Of a DNA stretch of 20,000 bases, positions 1 to 11,698 are shown in pieces. The translations under genes were made by a program, and so were the position numbers. The stretch's first letter is position 1, and each line of letters begins with the position of its first letter. This DNA comes from Catajapyx aquilonaris (Eukaryota): the NCBI GenBank assembly GCA_000934665.2, contig KZ538353.1, positions 59,488 to 79,487 of the forward strand. Direction: 5' to 3'. The notes under the pieces are model-generated. The model saw only the letters and a program-made list of their open reading frames with translations, searched no databases and was not told the DNA's origin.

Positions 1-611
1 AATAACGACATTAATCAAACCTGTAATTTGTGCCTGACGTAAAGTTTATATTTAGAGCCTGATTGGGTGACATTTCGATCGCACCAGTATAAAGTAACAG
101 AAGGCCTGAGTTGATGGGATTATCGTGCAGAGTGTATGCGCAAGTGCAGTATACGTACATAATATCTGGCTAGACTTGGGGAGGGGGAAGGAGGGATGAG
201 ATTTATGGCCACATGTAATTGGATTAATAATAACCCCACCATCTCCAAGTGCCTGTTGTACCAGGTAAGGTAATTCCGGAATAAAGTTGGCTGCGGGAAG
301 GGCCATCGAGAGTGCGTATATACTTGTGGGTGAGGTTGGCAAGGCGAGCGAGATAGTGCGAAGGAGCAGATAAGGTGTGGAGTGGATGCGATTATAGAGA
401 GGAAGGGTGCATGCATAGCAGGCCTGGGTTATTGATGCATGGTTTGCTGCTGGATGCCCAATTAAGGTGAAAGCCCGGAAAAGCCGGTGCTTGGAGGAGA
501 TGCGCGTCCCCATTAAGCTGGCAGCCCTGCAGGGTGTCTTTAGGCCCCCGGCAGCTCCTATACCATCCTACCACGCACAGTGCCTGACTTCAACCCCCCC
601 TACTCTCTCTC

Positions 612-633
612 CAGCAGTAGCAGCAGCAGCAGC
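612..633 (+). repeat. Imperfect (CAG)n microsatellite
   Basis: cagcagtagcagcagcagcagc read directly. Confidence 0.85.
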
Positions 634-905
634 ATCCCCCATCTCCGATAGAGTCACCTTGCGGCTGAACTTGGGAGAGGAGGAAGCTTTCCCAGGGCCC
701 TGATGCTTTAATTTTCACTTAGTGCCATATGTGGCCACATCCGCACCGCAAGCAGCATCATTAATTTCTTGCGAACGCTTCACTCGGCCGCGGCAAATGA
801 CATCGACGGCAGCTGTACATTATCTCGTTTTCGGAATTTAGTACTCGCGCCGAGTTTCTTGCCCGCCCTTCCATAGGATAGAGAGCTAGCTATATCAGCA
901 TCAAG

Positions 906-930
906 GGAGGAGGAGGAGGAGGAGGAGGAG
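906..930 (+). repeat. (GGA)8 microsatellite
   Basis: Eight tandem GGA units read directly. Confidence 0.9.
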
Positions 931-3900
931 GGAGCCCGGGGAAAGAAGGAAAGGGAGCTGCTGGGTGTTGGAAAAGCTACATCATTTGGGTGTAGTTAAT
1001 CGTTAAGAGTTAATGGTCGAACAAGCTGTTCGATTAGAACCCCGGGGAAGTCGCTGCGTTCATTTCGAGCGATCGGTGACGGATCTTGGGGGGCCAGGAT
1101 TTGGGTGGGTGCTTCCAGGAGAAGGGGGGGTTCTCGGCACTACGGGGCCGCGACCATTTTTCTACTTTATGAGGTGCACATGAGGCGCGGAGTATGAGTT
1201 TATTCGGTACGGTTTGACAGGGTGCACAGCACGTGGGCACGATGGCTGCGTTGCTTAGTGCCGGCCCCGACACGATTTTTTTCCATAAAAGACGGAGGAG
1301 CGGGGGGGTTGTCGCGGCGGCTGCACGAGATATTTTCTTCTTTCCTGCTCCCTGGCTATATAAGTTCCTATTAAATCAGCGCTAACTCATTCGAGCAAAC
1401 GGGAGTGCACGGGACGGGCACTATAACACGTATAACACATTATGGAAATCAATCCCTTCAGCAATCCCCGCTCGCGATGATTGATCCGATCTGATTACTC
1501 GGTGCCTAAAAATTGTATTATGGGAAGTGCCGCATGTGTTCTTGCTGGTGCATACCAATAACATTTTGGCAAACAAATGGTAGCCGCCCTTCTGCTGAGG
1601 GGGTAATAGAGTGCAGTTTAGATTGTGGTTGTTTTACTGGCCAAAGAAACCGCTATGGGCACCGCTCACTTCCTATTTCCCTTTCACCCTCTATCCTGCG
1701 TGCCTTTTCTGTCCTCACGTTCCGCCTTTTGTTGGCAGTCCTTCGGGCCTTGACAGAAGCCGGACTCGTTGTTGCCACAGTGCTTCCAGCTCCTTTGAAA
1801 CTAGGGGGGAATATCAGAGAAACGTACCGGTATAGAACCAAATAATGTGACCAACAAGTTGACAGAAAGACCGTTTTTTCCCCCCTTTACTCCACAAAAT
1901 GCGGAATGTTCTTTTAGGCCGGATAGTGGACAGACCATGGCCGTCGTTCTCGTAAAGGACAAGTTTTCTTCTTTTTAAAACATGCACGACCAGCAGTACG
2001 CTTACAGGGGACTTGTTGACTTTAGTCGACTTGCTAAACGTTGTCTTTAATAATGGTGTTTACAATGGCTCCAACGGAGAATTTATGTGGATTGAAATTT
2101 ATGTATATAATTATAAGACGTTAGTGGTGTTTTTATGATGATCACCATTTCCGTATTTGCAGAATGTTTTCAATAATATGCGGCGTTGGTTTTGTTGTCA
2201 TGTCGGCCGTTTTCTAACATCGTGGACCGTGCTGTACGATGTACTATAAATGTCTGGAAGTCAAGTTCCAAAAATTACCCGATCCAAAATTTACACCGCG
2301 CAATTTATTAGGTGCAGATTTTACGGCGTGCAGGCCGCAAGGCAACGTGTCGGCATTTCTGTTTCGGCGACGGAAACTGCCCACTTAAAAATCCGCAGTT
2401 GCGCTTACTGCGCGCGTAATTCTGAGGAACACTCCGGGACTGAAGTTTGCAGCTTTTACGTATGTGTACTATGTGGCGTCAAGTTTTCGTTCCCAACAAC
2501 CATCGCCCGGGGGGGATCCAAGGATAGTTAGGGGCATAACATGGGTCCTATCGACCCCGCAGGGAGTTCTTGGAAAGTGTCCATAAAAGGAGAATTTTCG
2601 GAGAGAGCCGGCGTTTACAAGTTTTATTGGTGTGAACAAGAAAGAAGAATTATTTGGGCTGTATAGGTTTCGGTGGGCCTTGGGAAGTATATAGGGAGGC
2701 GGGAAGGAGAGAGTGTCTTGTCCTGCATGAGATGAGGAGATAAAGAGGGGAAGGGTCGGATGGATGGCCAGGTGCTGCCCCCCACTGCATCGCACAAGAC
2801 CTGAAGGGCGGTGGTGGAGGGGGACCCAAAGAGACTTGCCTTCCTGCCTCTCCCTTCAGGACACAGAAAGGGCTTGGCAGAGGGATTGACTTTTGGGGGG
2901 GACAGTTGTAAAGTGTACCGCTGCTGGGTTGTCACCTCCTCGGCCATGGATGCTACATTGGCATGGTCCAGTTTACGTGTAAATGACCTTTGAGGCTCGT
3001 TGGTGTGTGCAGAAGCGCAAGTTTGAGACGCGTTGACCCCGTTGTCACACCTCCACTGTTTTATTGAGCCCCTCTGGGCCGTGGCAATGGGGGACAAATT
3101 CCTCTCCCAGCAGAGTGGGGGGAGAGTTTTATGGAGACACGGTTCGTTTGAGTAGAGTGTCCGATGGGACTTTTGGGGGCAGAACTAGTCCTCCTTGTTG
3201 GCCCGATTGGAGATCCTAAAAGTGGCCCTGGGACATGGCCACCTGGTGGCGGCAGTGTTCTAATTGGAGCTCTCACTTCCACGCCATTAGGACACATCAT
3301 AAATTTAGCTCTCGTAAAATTGTCCTGCAATAAAGTGCTTCTGTTTTTCGGGGAGAGGAAGACGCTGACTGAGCCGGGCCGGCCACGGTAGCTTTCTCCA
3401 CTTACATACCAGCGGAAGGGCCTTTTGTATGAACTTGGGACATGGACAATAACCAGATTTATGCTGTCGTCTCCAATATCCCCGTGTCGTAAATACTGGA
3501 GAGTTGTCAGCAGACCCGAATATTTTAAACTCCACTCCTGCTGTAATAACTCCAGTATTAAAACTCGGGTCGCGTATGTGATGTGCGTAGGGAAAGTGGT
3601 TGTAACAGTTTCGACGGCTATAATGCATGTTGTTGCGGAATGTAGTATCAATGTCATGTCGCAATCAGTTTAGTTCTCAATTTTCACCGCCAGTTGTCAG
3701 CTTCTTTCAGTGCTCAGCGAGCAGAGAAGCAACAATAAGATTAGTAACTATTTGATATATTTTTTAAAAGTATACCGGTCTGTTGGAGAGGTCGCAAACT
3801 AAAAAAACTTCCATTTAATAAAGCACTATTTTGCTGCATTTATTTATGCAGGGTGTTGCATATATTATTTTTTGTTATTCATTGTTCTACATGCCACATT

Positions 3901-5270
3901 TTTACTGTGCCACATTTTAGAGATTTAGGCGAACTTGTCTCACTTTTTTCTGGCCTGGACCCCACATTGTCACTGCATTTTATATTTCTCTTGGCCCATA
4001 GAATCGCGCGATAAAGTGGGGTTGGTATTATGACACACAGTGCGCAGTTTACAATCGGTGGATTAACTGAAATGCGGAATCAATATCGAAATAAGCAATA
4101 GAGCAAAATAAATTAGGGTTTAATCAGTTTCATCTTGTAAACATGATGATGAAATTAAGTAATTATATTTGGTGTAACTTTTCGATAGAAGTTAATGCAT
4201 TGAACATCCTCAAAAATGTGTATACACGTGTACTTCATAATATGGACTGCTTGAACAGCTGCTCGCTTCTGATCGTCACTGTCATTTTGTAATCCGGGAT
4301 AAGTTTCCCTTGAAGCGCCACAATTTTTAGTGAAGTTGTTCATAAAAATGTAACACAAGAAAGTGAAAGTCACTTTCGACTTATCTGTTCAGTGTGGTAT
4401 TTCTGAAAGCCGCACGCAATATTGTGCTTTTCTCACATGTAGGCCTATTGATGTAAAGTCTTCACAGTTCTCTAGAACATGGCAGTAGTGGCTTATATGA
4501 TGGCTGATTTCTTGAAATTGCTTTCACCGAATCTAAAACTATAACTGATGTAATTAATGGAATTACGTCCAATAAGATCTCGATTCTCCATTACATTGTT
4601 TTATTTTAATGGGTTTTTATCATGTGTAATCAGTGTCCCAAAATAATTTATTCATATTAAATATATAACTTTTAATGAACAAAAGTGTAGCGTTAAATGC
4701 CGGCCCCTATTTAACATGACTAGAAAAATATTCCATAGAAAATTAATGGAAAGTTATATAACTGACTTCTCCTGTGATGATTTTAATTCGGAAAATATTC
4801 CGAAGTTGCGAATTTCATATGGGGATTTCTGCAATGCCGGAATAAGTAACACAAAACTGATTGTCGATTATTCATTTTACATTTTTTGAAGTGACTCCTT
4901 CACTAAAATCACGGTTGTTCAAAACAAAAATCACAATCTTTTCCGATTTCTGTTTGAACCTCGGACAGTACACCAAAATTACCATAGGGACAGATGCATC
5001 ATCATAAGAGTCATGTTTAGGTAAGGGTTAGCATTGTCTTGTCCTGAATATTGTCCGGTTCATTGTTGCCAGAAATTAATGACAGAGGGAAATCCTGAAT
5101 CTGAATCTTGCTTTGGTGATGAAACCTGCTCTTATACATTAGTGATTAGTGTGATCATTCGGGGAAATTTTTCCGCCGAACCGCATGATCATTATCGTCA
5201 TGTAACATGCGGACTTATAAACACACTATAGGCGAAAAAAAATATGTCTGCTGCGGTAGTGTGTTTTATA

Positions 5271-5816
5271 CAGTTGAATCCGGATATAATAGACTTCAGA
5301 CCGAGGAATCAGTCTGTTATAACCGAGGTCTGTTATAGCCAAATCGCCACTTTTGCAACGAAATTGTTAAGTTTTCTGATCACTTTCATATGCTTATAAT
5401 GCATACTATACTGCATGCATACCGGTATTGATTAATGAAACTATCCACAAAAATGCAAAATAAGCCCACACGAAAATTAGGCAGGACAAAAAAAAACAAC
5501 TTCAGTCTCCTTGTTGCCAAATATTGACTACCAGAAAAAGTATTATTTTGAGTAGCTTAGATCAGTGACTGATGCGAAAATCATCCCCCGCCAGTTTTCT
5601 CTGCTGTACTGTGCATGGGAAAGGAAGTTAAATGTATTTTTTTTAAATATCATTTTTTTCCGCCGAGGGGCCAAAAAATGGCCTGTTATGACCGAGGTGA
5701 GGTGAAAATGAGTAAAAATACATGTGGCCTTATAGAAATAGGCCGGGGCCGGCCTTTCGAGTATGTTATAACCGAAAGTCTGTTACAGCCGAGGCTGTTA
5801 TATCCGGATTCAACAG
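5271..5816. mobile_element. Non-autonomous Tc1/mariner-superfamily (pogo/Tigger-like) MITE, 546 bp
   Basis: Left end CAGTTGAATCCGGATATAATAG versus reverse complement of right end CTGTTGAATCCGGATATAACAG (20/22). TA on both flanks (5269-5270, 5817-5818). Six copies of a GxxTGTTAyrrCCGA-like subterminal motif. No transposase ORF. Confidence 0.9.
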
Positions 5817-6904
5817 TACATCCATGAAAATGGATCAAATGAAAATATTCCGAAAAGTGTGTGAGTCCAAGAGTAAAATACTATAAAATGAATCGTCGAG
5901 AATAATTTTGATCTATAGGCCTACGAAAACTTGCATTTGTGCATGCAGCAGAATAGATATTGTAACGATGGAATACGTGCAGTGTAGTAATTATTCATGG
6001 GCCAAACTGCATGCAATTATTCTGAATATCTGCTGGGGAACACCGAAAAGTTGGTCCTGCTGTTATTTTCATTTTTAAAATGCAAATATTGCACAAGTTG
6101 ATAGATTTAGATCCAAACCTTATAAGGTTATAGGGCTTTCGTTAACGATTTTGACACGGCATCAGCACTGCTTTTGAAGTTATACAAATACTGTATGTTT
6201 AAAAATCACGAACCACTGCAGAAAGCATGGCGAGGAACAAGTCGAATAGTTGTACAAAAGCCCTCAAGATTTTCGGAGCAGTGTCAATACCGGGCTATAC
6301 ATGTTATATTACTCTATACGCAATATCATTACATTCATGTTGTAGCCTAACTTGAAACATAATCATAAAGGTTTGAATTACGTAGAAGATATATGGTACA
6401 ACGTTTTCTGTAACTGTGCAGCGAGAGGCTTCATGATCATCAGTGAAATCACGCGGGTCTGGTGAATGGTGTCTTGAATTGAGCAGTTATGTTAATTTCC
6501 ATGAAACCTCCTGAAAAGTAATTTCGTCATAAAACGTAGCCTTAACTCGTGAGGAATGTCGAATACAGCAACTATGTAGCACGATATTATTTCAGCTTAC
6601 GCGTTTTCAAGCGATTAAAAATTCAATTCTTCCCCTGAAATCAGTGCTCGCATTGAAAGTGTTGAACCAGTTAATTGGGGGAGGCCTTACCTCAAGAAAC
6701 AGCACTATTTTTTAACATCACTTACCCTTGGAAGCTGAAACTTTTCTGTGCGGTATTTTATTCGACACCTGTTTATCTACATGTTTAATTACTGGTGTAT
6801 CGACATTTCACCAGTTTCCATAATGATTAAAAACCAATTCATATATCGGTACTTATGAAATGACGCGTGTAGTGACGAGATCGAACCCTCTTGCGTACTT
6901 TCAG

Positions 6905-7158
6905 GGAGGAAAAAGTTCCAGATGGACCCGTCGTGCTGCCCCGTGTGCGGTCTGACCCTGAGGTCGGGCGAGGTGGAGGGTCACTTCGTCCAGGAGCTGG
7001 ACAAGTTGTTCAAGTTGAGTTCTGCAGTGGGCGGCTCGTCTCGAGGCCGGCGCGGTTCAGCCAGCAGCCCCGCCCCCGCCAAACTCGCGCCAGGGACGTC
7101 CTCCAATCGACGCGAGGGGGCTGGAGCCTCAGAAGCCACTCCCGAGGCCAGGTGGGAG
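6905..7158 (+). CDS. RNF220: RNF220 E3 ubiquitin ligase, internal coding exon A (first Cys/His motif CPVC...HFVQEL)
   Basis: Acceptor ...tactttcag at 6903-6904, donor GTAAGT at 7159. Reads (nGG)RKKFQMDPSCCPVCGLTLRSGEVEGHFVQELDKL...PEARWE, resembling vertebrate RNF220 CPICQVLLRPSELQEHMEQEL. Starts phase 1, ends phase 0. Confidence 0.93.
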
Positions 7159-7598
7159 GTAAGTCATACTCACCTGGACGTTTGGGCCATGCCTACAATA
7201 TCAATCTTCTCCACACGGCTCTTCTCTCCATCTTGGAATAAAGGGGGTTGGAAAAGAAAAGAAAAATTGCCAAGGAAATGAAAAAATCTGCGCCAGAGAG
7301 CTCGCGCAGAGTTTATGCATTATTGCGGGCGTTTTCTGGGGGTGATTTCGTGTTCAGGCGACACGGTTGGAATCGTAAACACGCGTAATAACATGTAAGT
7401 GATGCCAAATTCATGTGTGATGCAAAATTACATATAGTAATTGCAACATGAAACTGCATTACAATTCTTGACATTGCCCCACATTGTCCAACAATCAAAT
7501 TTTTTCCACGAAATAATAAATACTTTACGCTTCGTATTGAGGGATTATTTGTAGGAAGGTGTTTTGTGATGTCCAGTAAAAAAATATTTGCTCCCTAG

Positions 7599-7751
7599 GC
7601 CTACCAACGAATTAAGGCCAATAGGCAGACGAGACTCCGGGCCAAGACGAAGAAAAAGAAGGCGGATGAGGCCACCTGCCCCGTTTGCAGCGAAAAGGTG
7701 CAAGGAACCGTGGACGAGCTGAATGCTCACGTGGAGCAATGCCTGAGAAAG
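7599..7751 (+). CDS. RNF220: RNF220 coding exon B (basic tract plus UBZ-like CPVC...H...C zinc finger)
   Basis: Acceptor ctccctag (7597-7598), donor GTAGGA at 7752. 51 codons AYQRIKANRQTRLRAKTKKKKADEATCPVCSEKVQGTVDELNAHVEQCLRK, matching the RNF220 RVRANRQTRL and HVEHCL motifs. Confidence 0.95.
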
Positions 7752-9272
7752 GTAGGATGTGATCATGTTCGTTGTCATTTTGTCTCTTATACGTTTGTGA
7801 TGCCAGTGGATGAGGTAGTTTTAATACTTGTAAATCATTCTTGGGTAAACGTGTGTTGGGTAGATGTAGCTGACGTGTGTCAGAAGAGCGCATGCAGATA
7901 TTGCGAATGTTGTAATGCGATCGGTGCATGTTTACCAAAATAATTAGTTTTCTTACCATTCGTTCAAGTGATTTTTAATCCGCCGTGATATTTTTGATGA
8001 GTATAGGCCTGTGATGTTTTACAGTTTTGCAAATCTACTCATTTCCCATTCATCTGGAGAAATTCTCAAACCAAAACAGTGAGTACGATAATTCTAAGTC
8101 CCGCTGTTGTTCAGTCACTCGTCAATTTCGTGGGAAGGAAGTATTTTTCACTTGAAATGAAAATGAAGTTGGGTAAATTGCATGAGGAATGATGTTAGAT
8201 GAATGGGAAAATAGTTGTAAAAAGGAAAATACTCCACCGGAGAGTGCTTGGTAGAGATGCTGCAATCCAGTAGCTGGTTTTTATTCTGATCCCACATGCG
8301 GTAGAGAGAGGCTTCTGGTGTTTCAAATGTGGCCGCTAAGCTGCAAGAAAATCCTGGCGTGATAGACATGTAAGCATGCTATAACTCTAAGTTACCCTCA
8401 CCGTTCCGCAAAGTAGGCTGTCGTTCGATATCCTTATTAGTGAGCCCCGCTAAAGCAGAGAGTGGACCCAGGGCCTTAATCCTGATCCAATTAACGTAAT
8501 TAGCTTTAATGAATACAAACATCAAGCCTAAATCTCACAGTCAGCTGCAAAATTGTACAAATTACGCCCTATTAAGCTCGTTACAACTCTCCTTCCTAAA
8601 GCTCATCGTGGGCCCAAACAAGGCTGGTATTAAACTCCCGTTTATCCTGAAATAAAGTAGGATCCCGAATTTATAACTCATGCTCCTGGACCTAGAATAT
8701 CATGCAAGGTGGATGCGCTTACTGAACGCTTCTCGGGGGGTTTACCAGTGACGGTCTCAGGACAAGAGGTGATAAACTACACACAGATCTTTACAGAAAA
8801 GATCACGATAATTTAAAGTTGGTGTAATAGGTCATTATTTTGTAATGGGGAATTCGATGTTTATGACAGTTAGCGGTTTCTTTTGCTGTCTGCTATAATG
8901 TAGTATGGGTATTTATGACTTGTGCATGGTGTGGCCAGGCTCGATGGTCTGACACATAGAAAGTTAGTTTAATGATAAATGCGTTTTAGTGTTTTAAAAC
9001 TTGATTGTAGAACTGTGATTCGCACATGGCCGTTTCATTTTGCAACTATACAAGTAGACTATAATATTCCGAATTTCAACTCAGAAAGCGACATACTGAC
9101 ATAACACATTCCGCGCGTGCGTATATGGCCGATCTCTTCACATTTTGTAGCTGAAAATAATTTAGTTTTTAAGTTTATATGTTCCCTTCAGTTCACTTTG
9201 ATATGGTAGCGATATTGGCACAGTTTCGAAAGTAACCAAATAAAACGTTATCCTTCATCAGCGAGGCCCTAT

Positions 9273-9490
9273 CAGTGCTTCCCAATTTTTTTCGTTGGCG
9301 ACCCCAAAAAATCGTCTTGCAAAATTTGCAACCCTCTATATTATGTGCACATTTCGATCCGCCAACATGAAAAGAGGTAAACAGTGAAATGATCTTACCT
9401 TATGGTCATGATTTTCAAGAATGATAGCCGCGTCATTTTGTGAAAATAATTTGTTACCCTCCCTCGCGACCCATAATTTGGGAAGCACTG
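9273..9490. mobile_element. Non-autonomous hAT (Charlie/Buster-like) MITE, 218 bp
   Basis: Perfect 13-bp TIRs CAGTGCTTCCCAA / TTGGGAAGCACTG; direct repeat CCCTAT on both flanks (9267-9272, 9491-9496); subterminal GCGACCC motifs near both ends. Confidence 0.85.
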
Positions 9491-10159
9491 CCCTATATAA
9501 TAAGTGGCTGCCAATCTAAGTGAACTATAATAATTAACAAGTTTTGCCACCAAGTATTGAGTCAACTGACAAGTGAGTCGTCAAGAACGCGCCATTATTG
9601 GGAGTCCGTGCTGGTCCTCAGGAGGGGGGAAATACCTCGTATTTGCCAGACAGACAGATACAAAAACAACAATCAGGACCACTTTTACTCGTTTCTTCTT
9701 CCCACTTCTTCGCCATATAAACAAATGAAAGGTGGTCCTCATGGATGCATTTGTTTAAACCGATTAGAGAAAATAATTGGTAAGCTTCCCCACCAATTGT
9801 TAAAAGATATGTATGGTTAGGAAGCGTTCCACAATGTGTATTTTGACTGTGAGAGGAAGCAGAATTATACTGCTTTCATTTGTTTGGTTTACAAAGATCT
9901 ATTTCAACTTTTGTAGCATTCGGCCACACAATTCTGATATTACAATGACCGTGTTGTAAATACTCCTGTCCTATTTGAATGCAGAATTTATGGCTATTAT
10001 GATAAATTCCTATATGCACAAAAGGTGCCGTTTATCACTCTTTTCTCTCGAGGGATTCACAATCCTTTTATTCTGAGCTTTGAGGCATCACTATAAGCTT
10101 TTTGATCCTGTATATATGCACACTGTCTTGACCACACAAAAACCCGTCCCCCATTGTAG

Positions 10160-10283
10160 AGTGGTGCTGCGGACGAGGAAGAAAACGTGGACATCGAAGG
10201 AGACGGAGAGATGTTTGAAGAGTACGAATGGGCCGGACAACGGAGGATACGCGCCACATCCCTTCTCCAAGGAGGTTTTGCCG
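10160..10283 (+). CDS. RNF220: RNF220 coding exon C
   Basis: Acceptor cattgtag (10158-10159), donor GTGCGT at 10284. SGAADEEENVDIEGDGEMFEEYEWAGQRRIRATSLLQGGFA contains the RNF220 signature FEEYEWxGQxRIRAT. Ends phase 1. Confidence 0.96.
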
Positions 10284-10398
10284 GTGCGTCACCTTCACAC
10301 TCTCTAAACTCGAAAGTCTAAACACTGATTCATCCAAGCTGCTTGGCGCCTCCAAAAAGAATGTTGCAAAAATGTTTTTCATCCGGATGTTATTTCAG

Positions 10399-10582
10399 CG
10401 GTCGGAATGACGACGACCAACAGCCGGGCCACCGAAGAAGAGGAAGGCGACCTAGTGGTGGACGGAGATGACTCCGCCACTTTCGGACCACCTCAGTACT
10501 CCGAGGCCGACGTCGTGGTCTGCAGTGCCGACGGACCAAGGGAGAAGCAGGAGCGTGACGCGCTGAGAGAAGCGCTGATCAG
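10399..10582 (+). CDS. RNF220: RNF220 coding exon D
   Basis: Acceptor tatttcag (10397-10398), donor GTGCGT at 10583. ...DLVVDGDDSATFGPPQYSEADVVVC...QERDALREALI matches RNF220 DVDGDD..YG.PQYTEADV and EREALR. Phase 1 in, phase 2 out. Confidence 0.95.
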
Positions 10583-11619
10583 GTGCGTGTTTTTTGATTG
10601 GTGGGGGGAGTGTGGAACGCCAATGTGTCAATACATGTCAATAGCGGCACTTGCGGTTCATTATCGCCGACCCGTATACCTGAACGCATTTCCTGCTGCC
10701 GGTCTTTTATGCGATTAACCCGCATTAATTTCCAGTTCGTGTCCTTTAATTTGGCATGAAATATAGCCATTTAGTGTTAATGAACTACACGGGCAGCCAG
10801 AGTGTGGCGGATCCCTCACTGTGCGAAATTTTGCACAAAAATATGCGAACCTCCAGGAGAGTGCAACGAGTTCATTGGTGCATAGGGCCGGTGCCTTACA
10901 GACGGATAAATTCTATTTTAGTGACGGAGGTCCAACAAAAAAGGCTTATTGACACGCTATTCATTACAACATGATTATTGAATCAGCTGTCAGGGATGTT
11001 GTTAATCATCGCACACGTTTAATCACATTCCACTGATAAAACATTTCCCGATCAAATCCGTCGGGATAATTACGCGGGTATCAACCCCAACGGCTCTTCT
11101 TAATAATTGCATTTGGTATATATTCCCACCTCCACGGGCTGGCCAAATGCAATTGATCAGTTTGCGCCGTATGTATATGCCCGTGTCTGAGAACTGTTTA
11201 GGGGACAGTTCAAAACGGGCATGGAAAAAGTGGGGATAATTGAGCCATCATTAGCGTTTACAAATCCTGCCGCTTGGGGAAGGCCAGCGCTGGAGCGGAA
11301 AGATGACGTGACGTTAATATCCTCAGCATCGCGAATTGTGCCAACCGCGTCACCACCGCAAAAAGGAATTTGCCAAGTTTGACTTTGGGCTGTTTTAATT
11401 CAATTTTATTAAATGTGGTTCTGTAGCCAGATGGTTCTTGCGTTTGTCGCGGGCTTAGCCCGGAAGTGCCCTTGACACTTTTTGGAGGGTGACGTCATTC
11501 CCAGCCACCCCTGGCTCGGAACCTTTCTGTCATCGGCAATACCCATTTGGTTTGGAGACATGGTTACATAGCTTGGATGGTGGGGGAGCCTGCCGATGAT
11601 GAGCTGTTTTTTTTTTTTT

Positions 11620-11698
11620 NNNNNNNNNNNNNNNNNNNNNNNNNNNNNNNNNNNNNNNNNNNNNNNNNNNNNNNNNNNNNNNNNNNNNNNNNNNNNNN
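11620..11698. other. Assembly gap (79 N) after a poly-T run
   Basis: Run of N in the sequence. Confidence 1.

Noticed and set aside
52..513. 153-aa minus-strand ORF and overlapping ORFs
   Set aside because: No recognisable domain and no supporting splice structure; most likely a chance ORF in intronic DNA.
467..703. Plus ORF containing LQGVFRPP, superficially like the RNF220 N-terminal GAFRPF motif
   Set aside because: No other RNF220 motif (such as SAFTPAK) and no convincing phase-1 donor; the poly-Ala stretch comes from a microsatellite.
2624..3657. Adjacent minus-strand ORFs of 198 and 157 aa
   Set aside because: No transposase, reverse transcriptase or other recognisable motif. A BLASTP/HMM search would be needed to exclude them fully.
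4359..4377. Hairpin GAAAGTGA-AAG-TCACTTTC
   Set aside because: Short AT-rich stem with no downstream CTRR Helitron end; plausible by chance.
4722..9074. Recurrent AATATTCC(GAA) motif near 4722, 4791, 5841 and 9062
   Set aside because: Short, AT-rich, irregularly spaced and with no shared flanks; not an array.
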